From positions 45,783-109,782 of the IMG/VR virus record IMGVR_UViG_3300009790_000004: DNA of 64,000 nucleotides. One strand, written 5' to 3'. This document shows, in pieces, positions 1 through 7,700 of the stretch. How positions within the stretch are numbered: position 1 is the stretch's first letter; each line of letters begins with the position of its first letter. Source of the stretch: a virus. The notes under the pieces are model-generated. The model was given only the letters and a program-made list of their open reading frames with translations. It did no database searches and was not told the origin of the DNA. Made by a program: the position numbers and the translations under genes.

Positions 1-2
1 CT

Positions 3-131
3 TTCCTTAATGGTGCTAACTTAGTTACTATGCCACCAACAATATTCGATAAGATGTATAATCATGTTCTTACGGACAAAGGATTAGACTTGTTTGATGC
101 TGATTGGAAAGCAGTTAAGGCTAATGGATAA
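3..131 (+). CDS. talC: Transaldolase (TalC/FSA type), 3' end only; auxiliary metabolic gene
   Basis: Frame 3 reads FLNGANLVTMPPTIFDKMYNHVLTDKGLDLFDADWKAVKANG*, matching the TalC C-terminus (T-x-P-P ... HxLTDKGL..F..DW). Truncated by the window and absent from the ORF track. Confidence 0.9.
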   Translation, partial: FLNGANLVTMPPTIFDKMYNHVLTDKGLDLFDADWKAVKANG

Positions 132-306
132 AATAAAATCTAATCCTAAAGATAATCCCGAAGATTACTTTACTATCACAGCAGATGGATTTGTTTGGCC
201 ACTTCAAAATGGATGTGTAGGACCAGATGAACCAATATATCATAAAGATGATATAGATTTGATAATGAATAGGATGTATAAAACTGATAATAATGATGGA
301 CCCTAA
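124..306 (+). CDS. Hypothetical protein (60 aa)
   Basis: ATG at 124 overlaps the end of talC and the ORF overlaps the next gene, as in a tightly packed operon. Confidence 0.6.
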   Translation: MDKIKSNPKDNPEDYFTITADGFVWPLQNGCVGPDEPIYHKDDIDLIMNRMYKTDNNDGP

Positions 307-799
307 GGTCGTTGACAATTTTCTACCCAAGGAAGACCATGAAAGAGTAGTAGATTTACTCCAGAATGTTTTTCCTTGGTTTTATAATGATCTTGTTGTT
401 AGTCCGTTAGATCTTAAAGATCCTGACAAATATCAAATGGTGAGTCCTATATGGGCAGAGGGAAAATTTCATAATGAAGTTTGTCTTACTCCAGAAATTG
501 CTGATATTTTTGGACCTAGGTTAAAAGTACAATCTTGGGTTAGAATTAAAGCAAATTTTTCACCAAAGAATACAAGAATTATAGAACAAGATTTGCATCG
601 TGATGGAAGTTTTGGTGACTATACTGCTGTCTATTATATTAATGGTTGCAATGGTTATACATACTTCAAGGATGGTTATAAGGTGAAAAGTGTTGCTAAT
701 CGTATAGTAATTTTTCCTAGAGATACTATGCATAGTGGTACTACATCTTCTGACTCTTATAGGCAAGTTATTAACTTTAATTATTACGGCTATGATTAA
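293..799 (+). CDS. 2OG-Fe(II) oxygenase family protein
   Basis: HxD (LHRD), distal His (TMHSG), distal Arg (YRQVINFN) and the typical TAVYYIN..NGYT.F and NRIVIFP strands. Confidence 0.85.
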   Translation: MMDPKVVDNFLPKEDHERVVDLLQNVFPWFYNDLVVSPLDLKDPDKYQMVSPIWAEGKFHNEVCLTPEIADIFGPRLKVQSWVRIKANFSPKNTRIIEQDLHRDGSFGDYTAVYYINGCNGYTYFKDGYKVKSVANRIVIFPRDTMHSGTTSSDSYRQVINFNYYGYD

Positions 800-1658
800 A
801 TTCGGTGGTGCTCAAATTCCTGTAGGAATTAATATACAATCTAACAAAAAAGAAATTTTAAAAGCAATTGACTGGGCAAAAGAAAATGAAGTTGACCATC
901 TTTTGACACCAGAAGCTGCTTTATCAGGATGGGATCGTGAGTGGATTACCCATATAGATGAAATTAAAGATGCATTAAAAGAGATAGAAGATGCTCAAAA
1001 AGCAGCAGGAATATATTTACACTTAGGAACCAATTTTGTAGAACCAGAAGAGAAAGGTATAATCAATAGAAATGAAATCAGACATTATGATTCTGATGGT
1101 ATACTAAGAGGTGCTACATACAAGACTCTTTGCGTTGATATGGAAACTGCTCTTGGCAGAGATCCACAAATAGATTCATTTACTATTATTGATCTTGTTA
1201 AAGATGATGAGCAACAATGTCTTGGTGCTGGATTGATATGTAATGATATGTGGGGATATGCAGAGGCATCTACTAAACCTATTACTACACTATACAAAGA
1301 ACTAGGAATACTTGATGTAATATTACATGCAACTAATGGTGGAAAAACCGATCCAAGTAATCCATCATGGTTAGTATTTGAGAAATGGCATGATGCATAT
1401 TTAAGAATGGCAGCATGGAATTGTATGGTTCCTATATTTACTGTTGATGCTTGTACTGATTGGAGATGGGATGGAAATGAGGATGAAGTAGACAAATACA
1501 CTACATCTAGTGAGAGTGGATGGATCAATAGCCAGGGATGGCAGACTAAGGTTCCAAGAAGGGGTCGTCAGTATTTTACATATGAATTTGAACCACCAGT
1601 TAAGACAAAACTATCTGATGTTTATAATGACATAGGTGGTAGGTTGTATAGAAAATAA
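792..1658 (+). CDS. Carbon-nitrogen hydrolase (nitrilase superfamily)
   Basis: Likely start MIKFGGAQIP at 792. Glu-Lys-Cys triad motifs are present: LLTPEAALSG, TYKT, LICNDMW. Confidence 0.85.
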   Translation: MIKFGGAQIPVGINIQSNKKEILKAIDWAKENEVDHLLTPEAALSGWDREWITHIDEIKDALKEIEDAQKAAGIYLHLGTNFVEPEEKGIINRNEIRHYDSDGILRGATYKTLCVDMETALGRDPQIDSFTIIDLVKDDEQQCLGAGLICNDMWGYAEASTKPITTLYKELGILDVILHATNGGKTDPSNPSWLVFEKWHDAYLRMAAWNCMVPIFTVDACTDWRWDGNEDEVDKYTTSSESGWINSQGWQTKVPRRGRQYFTYEFEPPVKTKLSDVYNDIGGRLYRK

Positions 1659-1672
1659 CATAAGTAAAAATG

Positions 1673-1679
1673 CTAAATA
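1673..1679 (+). promoter_or_regulatory. Putative T4-type late promoter (CTAAATA variant)
   Basis: Variant of the TATAAATA late consensus, 26 nt upstream of ATG 1706. Confidence 0.55.
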
Positions 1680-1705
1680 GAGAGGCCAAGAAGTATCATT
1701 CTTAA

Positions 1706-2203
1706 ATGAAAAAACTTATACCTTTCCTGATGCTTGCGAGCCTTGGTGCTATTGCTAGTCCAGCAAAGGCAGACCTAACATCTAGATTTACTTCCAGTGT
1801 CCAACTGCAAGTCAATGCTGCTGCAACACAGATGCAGAGAGTAGGTAACTCTTATAGTATCTCTGGTACTAATGTAGACACAACTGATGGTACGACAGCT
1901 AACACAGTGTCAGCTGGTTCCATAGCATCGGGTGTCTATGGTCCTGGTACTATTAGTGCTGTTCAAGACGATCCAGGTGAGGCGTTCAGCTTCTCAACTG
2001 CGTTCACTCAAGGAGATGCTCTGGTAACATCTGCTCCTTCAGTAGGTGCTGTTAGTGCATTAAGTAACCAATTGTCTACTGGGGCTGGAACCGCAGGATC
2101 CCTGGCTGGGACTGTGACTTCGCAAGGTGCTCTGACCTTAACAGCTGGTGGGGCTGGTACTGTAGCTACGGGTCAGTTTGTATCTGAGCTTCAAATCGAC
2201 TAG
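1706..2203 (+). CDS. Exported beta-rich cyanophage protein
   Basis: Sec signal peptide (MKKLIPFLMLASLGAIASPAKA); Ser/Thr/Gly-rich mature part with motif DDPGEAFSFS. Confidence 0.8.
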   Translation: MKKLIPFLMLASLGAIASPAKADLTSRFTSSVQLQVNAAATQMQRVGNSYSISGTNVDTTDGTTANTVSAGSIASGVYGPGTISAVQDDPGEAFSFSTAFTQGDALVTSAPSVGAVSALSNQLSTGAGTAGSLAGTVTSQGALTLTAGGAGTVATGQFVSELQID

Positions 2204-2208
2204 GAGCC

Positions 2209-2676
2209 ATGAAAAGGCTTATAACTATATTACTATTACTAAGTAGTGCTGGTGCTGCAAGAGCAGTGCCAGTGGTCCCCAATTTTCAGCAGGGCTCAAT
2301 GACGAGCCATACCGAAACTGAATCTACAGTGACGGAAACCATAAATTCCATAGATTATCGTACAGGATGGGAATACTCAGTGACTGGGGTAGGCATCGAC
2401 AACAATGGCGAGGCTTTGAATCCCCCAACATCAACCTCAACAGTAACAATCAACCCAACAGTGGGGTCAGGAGAAGGAGCCATAACAGGGGCAGTAACTT
2501 CTTCGTTCGATGCTTTAGACATGTCAGCAACAAACAACTTCACGATTCACGAACCTGGCGGAGCCTTTCAATTCAGTCAGAGTTATCAAGGACCAGGTAT
2601 GACCAACCAGACCCTGATACAAAGAGTCACCACCATAAAAAGTGTGACAGACACAACAAGTACATTCACTCAATAA
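2209..2676 (+). CDS. Exported beta-rich cyanophage protein
   Basis: AGGAG RBS; signal peptide MKRLITILLLLSSAGAARA; motif HEPGGAFQFS resembles that of the upstream gene. Confidence 0.8.
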   Translation: MKRLITILLLLSSAGAARAVPVVPNFQQGSMTSHTETESTVTETINSIDYRTGWEYSVTGVGIDNNGEALNPPTSTSTVTINPTVGSGEGAITGAVTSSFDALDMSATNNFTIHEPGGAFQFSQSYQGPGMTNQTLIQRVTTIKSVTDTTSTFTQ

Positions 2677-3722
2677 GGAAGCTATGTCTACTCCTTGCTC
2701 TAAGTGCCAATGCAATCCCTGCGTATGCGGAAGGGGTAGGAGGAGTTAGTGCTACTGCAAATCCAATCGCCAATAGTTCTGGCTCAGTAACTAACCAGGC
2801 AATACAAGTTTTACAAGGTCCATATGTAACCAACACCTACGGTGGTGGTGTTAGCTGTCAAGGTACGACTCTTAACATGACACCGTATATTCAGTTTGCC
2901 GACTCTAGGAAGTGGCCATGGGAAGATTACTATAACGAACCACAATATAATCTAACAGATGTAGAAGGAAGGACAGTTAAACAGACAGTAACAGTAAAGA
3001 ACTATCCTTGGGAGTCATGGTACGATGATCGTACTAAGGCAGATGGTAGTAGATGGTTTGAAGATGGAGATGATATACAAATAGAAATAGATGTACCAAC
3101 TGCTGATGGTGTACCTGATATTGTAGGTAGTGGTGGGGAAATGACCCCGACATGGTACAAACCAGTGCGTACTGATATGAGAGCAAACCAGTCCTTTAAC
3201 ATGGGTCTCTCTGCTACTCTCTCAATACCATTGAATAGAGGTATGCAAAGGAGATGTAAGGAGGCAGCAACAGCACAGATTAATCATCAAATACAGTTGA
3301 CATCTAATAAGCGACTTGATTTTGAAATCGCAAGATTGAAAAATTGTGGTGAGTTAAAAAAAGCTGGAATATTTTTCCACCCTGCATCGCCGTATCATAG
3401 TATATGTGCTGATGTTGTAGTAACTGCACCAGGTGGTCAGATCATGCCACACGAGCATCAGATACCACAACCTAATTGGACGGTTCCTTCTTCAGAGTCT
3501 TCTTCTTCTTCCCAAAGTTCAGAGGTAACATCCCCTTCTTCTCTCGATAACGGTTCGTCATCTGTTCAGACAAATTCGGACGGTGAGGGGTCTGACCAAG
3601 CATCGTCTTCACCTTCGTCATCACTTTCTTCACAATCGGCTTCACAACTTTCAAAAGAAGATCAGCTAGGGGTTTTGCAAGTAGGGCAGATGTCGTTGCC
3701 ACAGCAGCAATCGATGCCGTAG
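2673..3722 (+). CDS. Exported Cys-containing cyanophage protein; probable non-canonical ATA start
   Basis: Signal peptide (I/M)RKLCLLLALSANAIPAYA begins at ATA 2673, overlapping the upstream TAA. The track start at 2367 lies deep inside the previous gene. Four conserved-looking Cys are present. Confidence 0.7.
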   Translation: MRKLCLLLALSANAIPAYAEGVGGVSATANPIANSSGSVTNQAIQVLQGPYVTNTYGGGVSCQGTTLNMTPYIQFADSRKWPWEDYYNEPQYNLTDVEGRTVKQTVTVKNYPWESWYDDRTKADGSRWFEDGDDIQIEIDVPTADGVPDIVGSGGEMTPTWYKPVRTDMRANQSFNMGLSATLSIPLNRGMQRRCKEAATAQINHQIQLTSNKRLDFEIARLKNCGELKKAGIFFHPASPYHSICADVVVTAPGGQIMPHEHQIPQPNWTVPSSESSSSSQSSEVTSPSSLDNGSSSVQTNSDGEGSDQASSSPSSSLSSQSASQLSKEDQLGVLQVGQMSLPQQQSMP

Positions 3723-4398
3723 TCGTTACAGTACCTACAGTTGGTAGAAATTGTTCTATTGCTGGAACAGGTTCCCATATTGTTTCGCATATCTTACCGT
3801 CAGGAGTCAATTTATATTCTTTAACTTTTTCTGTACCTGCTTGATTCATATCTCCTATTCTTTTAGCATTTAGTGGAGGACATTCTACATCTTCTGCTGT
3901 ATCTCCTCCAGTTGGAGGAGGATCTGGAGTGTCTAGATCAGGAGCTGGTGGTGTACCAGTGTCTACTCCATCTGCTTGTGGTTGTTCTTGAGTAATAGTT
4001 TGCCAAGTTAGTTCTCTATAATCATAGTCAGGTGGTTCATAGTATGGAGCACCAGCATCACACAATACTACATTTCCTTTGGGGTCATCATTGACCAGCA
4101 TTTTATTTTTATTTCCTTCAAACTTAGTATTATTCTCCTTACTTACCTTAACACAACCAGGCATATTAACAATAGGAGTTCCAACTCTTTCAGTAACAGG
4201 AACTACTACTGGTATTGCTTGAGATGGTTCTACTAACCATATGCGAGCATTAGCAATATTATTAACACCAACTCTTTGTATATTTGTATTACCAATTCTT
4301 CTAGATCCAATAAATTGGATACCAGCATTGTCAACTCGTATCAGGGGAATACCAGTACCGTTAACTTCTACCTTAGGTATATTGTTAATTTCGCTCAT
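3472..4398 (-). CDS. Cyanophage hypothetical protein with Pro-rich linker, hydrophobic segment and basic C-tail
   Basis: 308-aa ORF with paired Cys, PPAPDLDTPDPPP and hydrophobic TTTASIAAVATTSALLA; coupled to the upstream minus-strand gene. Confidence 0.8.
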   Translation of the reverse strand: MSEINNIPKVEVNGTGIPLIRVDNAGIQFIGSRRIGNTNIQRVGVNNIANARIWLVEPSQAIPVVVPVTERVGTPIVNMPGCVKVSKENNTKFEGNKNKMLVNDDPKGNVVLCDAGAPYYEPPDYDYRELTWQTITQEQPQADGVDTGTPPAPDLDTPDPPPTGGDTAEDVECPPLNAKRIGDMNQAGTEKVKEYKLTPDGKICETIWEPVPAIEQFLPTVGTVTTTASIAAVATTSALLAKPLADLLLKVVKPIVKKVMTKVKTMLGQTPHRPNLSEQMTNRYREKKGMLPLNFGKKKKTLKKEPSN

Positions 4399-4651
4399 TT
4401 GGTACTACTTGCTTATAATTTTTATCAGGGATTTGTAATCCTTTAACAGGACCAGATGATTTTGGCCAAGCATTCACTAATTGTAGATATACTTCTTCTC
4501 TAACAACTTTCCTAATTTTTTCTATTTGAGCATCTTCTCGTTTTTGAGGACCACCAGTTTGCTGGTCAATGACATGGTTACCACCAACTAATGCACCAGT
4601 ACCAACTACTGCTACTGCTGTTCCTGTGGATGCTATCTTTTGTAAATCCAT
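4385..4651 (-). CDS. Hypothetical protein with N-terminal hydrophobic anchor
   Basis: 88-aa ORF downstream of a minus-strand late promoter; overlaps the start of the next gene. Confidence 0.75.
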   Translation of the reverse strand: MDLQKIASTGTAVAVVGTGALVGGNHVIDQQTGGPQKREDAQIEKIRKVVREEVYLQLVNAWPKSSGPVKGLQIPDKNYKQVVPNERN

Positions 4652-4670
4652 CTATTTAGCGTTACCGATG

Positions 4671-4690
4671 TATTTATCGTTGACTAAATA
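4671..4690. promoter_or_regulatory. Back-to-back late promoters
   Basis: TATTTATC (4671-4678) is GATAAATA on the minus strand; ACTAAATA (4683-4690) is on the plus strand; both lie between divergent genes. Confidence 0.65.
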
Positions 4691-4722
4691 ACAGGAGCAA
4701 GTACTTTCTTGAACCTGAAGAG

Positions 4723-7700
4723 ATGCCACTTAATAAGTTAGAGAATTTTATCAAGAATACTGAGGGTAAGATTCTCTATGTAAATCCAAATGATTTGGAT
4801 GCAACAGACAGTATTACTAATCAGGGTAATTCCCTGACGAAACCCTTTAGGACTATTCAGAGAGCACTACTAGAGTCTGCTCGGTTCTCCTATCAGACTG
4901 GATTCGATAACGATATAAACGATAAGACTACTATACTATTATTTCCTGGTGATCACTATGTAGATAACAGACCAGGATTTGCTATTAAGAAAGATCCAAG
5001 CGATCCTACAAGGGCAGTTGGCATATCTCCCTTAGGTTCTCAGACACTTGCTACTGCTGAATTTGGATTAGATTTATCTTCAGAATTTGATCTTACTGTA
5101 GAAAATAATATACTTTATAGATTCAACTCAGTACATGGTGGAATTATAGTACCTCGTGGTACTTCTATTGTAGGTCTGGACTTAAGAAAGACTAAGGTAT
5201 ATCCTTTATATGTACCTAACCCTACAGATGAGGATGTTCCTAATACATCTCTGTTTAGAATAACTGGTAACTGCTATTTCTGGCAGTTCTCTATGTTTGA
5301 TGGTAAGGGTGATCGTTTAGTATATACTGATCATCAACAATTTAATGATGATAACAGATCATTCCCAATATTCTCTCACCACAAATTAACATGCTTTGAG
5401 TATGCTGATGGTATTAATGATGTTAAGGGATATGAGGCTACTGACCTTAGCATGTATTACTATAAGCTAAGTTATGCTTATCAGGAACCAACAGGTCGTG
5501 CTGTTACATATGAATGGCCAGACAATGAAGGAGATTTTGATACAGTTCGTCCAGAGTATGAGATTGTTGGTGCTTTAGGAAGTGATCCTTTAGAAATTGC
5601 AAGTATTATCTCTGGTGATGGTAACACTGCTACATCTCAAGTTACTGTAACTACTCAGCAACCACATAAGTTGAGTGAAGGTACTCCAATTAAGATTAGT
5701 GGAGTTAATGTATCACAATATAATATTTCTACTATTGTACAGTCTATTGTAAATGCTACTACATTTACATACACACTATCAACATTCCCTAATAATTTAC
5801 CAGCTACACCATCTAATATTGCCAATGCAGTAGCAACAATTGAATCTGATACTGTTACTGGTGCATCTCCTTATATCTTTAACTGTTCATTGAGATCAGT
5901 ATATGGTATGCAGGGTATGATTTGTGACGGTTCAGTAGCTACTGGTTTCCGTTCAATGGTTGTTGCCCAGTTTACTGGTATCTCACTACAGAAAGATGAC
6001 AGGGCATTTGTTAAGTATAATCCAGAATCGAGATTGTATGAAGGAATTACATATCAAAAAGTTACTGGTGCAGATTTAAGTGCTCAGTCTTCTTCTACTA
6101 ATGCTGCAACTGTTTATCACTTAGATTCTGGTGCAGTTTATAGACAAGGGTGGGAACAAACTCATGTTACTATCAGAGATAATGCTGTTGTACAGATAGT
6201 TTCTGTGTTCGCTATTGGTTATAATGCTCATTTCTTAGGTTTAAGTGGTGCTGACGCATCTATTACTAACTCTAACTCCAACTTCGGACAATTTGCTTTA
6301 GTTGGTGATGGATTTAGACCTGATGCATTCCCAAGAGATGACCAAGGATATATTACACATATTACTACTCCTCAATCTGTAGATACATCTGCTGCAAAAA
6401 TTGATAGTGTCAGTTTCTATCAGTTAGATGTTGATAAGACTAAACAAGTAGGATTATCAAGTCACTTATACATCTTCTCCTTTGATAAGGAAGATGATCC
6501 CCCTCTAAGTTTATCTCAGGGATTCAGAGTTGGTGCTAGGCACGATGAAAAATTATATGTTTCTATTGGAACAACAGATTATACTGCTAATGTCTTAATG
6601 CTTGAGAACAAGCTAGAGACTTCTGGTATTAATACTGCTGCTCTTGGTAGCCAAAATGCTGTTAAGAAGAGTAAGGCAACAACACCTAATACATTATTCC
6701 AGATGACCGTTGATACTATCGGTCTAGTTACTGGTGAAAAGATAAGAATCTTTAGTGATGATGGTGACTTACCTGAGAACATTGAATTTAATAAGATATA
6801 CTATGCTATTGTAGTATCTGCTACTAATATTAAGATTGCGTCAACATTCTCCAACGCTATTAATGATGTTCCTATTGAAATATATGGTGGTACTAAACTT
6901 AGAGTTGAAAGTAGAGTATCTGATAAGGAAAGTAATGATATTGGACATCCTATTCAGTGGGATGCTACGCAAAGTAGGTGGTTTATTCATGTTGACACAA
7001 ACAATGGAGTATATCCACAGATACAATCTAATGCTAATTTGATTGGTGTTACTGGTACAAACATAGCACAAATCAAGAGGTATGAAGATAAGAGATCTAT
7101 TGAGGATAAACTCTATAAGATCCGTTATGTTATTCCTAAGGAAGCAACTAACTCAAGAGATCCTGTTGATGGATTCATATTACAGAGTTCTTCATTAGCA
7201 GGATATGCTAAGACTTCTGATCCTTCTGCTACAACTATTACTGTTGGTGATAATAACTTCTCTAGAAATCCTGGATTTATTGCATTTGTTAGTGAGTCCT
7301 CTAGTGTAGTAACTGTTAGAACTGAGCAGAAGCATAATGTAGAAGTTGGTGACATTGTTAGGGTACAGGATGTTAAGGATTCTAATAATACTTCTGGTGC
7401 TGATGGTGTAGGATACAATGGATTCTTTGAGGTAACTGCTCTTATTGATGCTTATCAATTTGCACATGGAACCACTGATATTAATGGCGTTGAAAGAAAC
7501 ACTGGTACATTTGTAGATACTACTAATAGTAGAAATCTATTCCAACCAAGATTCTCTATCAATGACAATAAGAAGAACTTTAATGTTTATCGTGTTAATG
7601 TAGTAGAACCTTATGTTTCTGGTGCAAATGATGGTGTCTATGTCTTAGATTTATTGAGTTGTGATTATGCACCACCTCAAGAGTTTACTAGTAAGAAGTA

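Noticed and set aside
2367-2672. Long N-terminal extension of the third exported protein
   Set aside because: Overlaps the previous gene by ~300 nt, reads like off-frame sequence and would bury the signal peptide.
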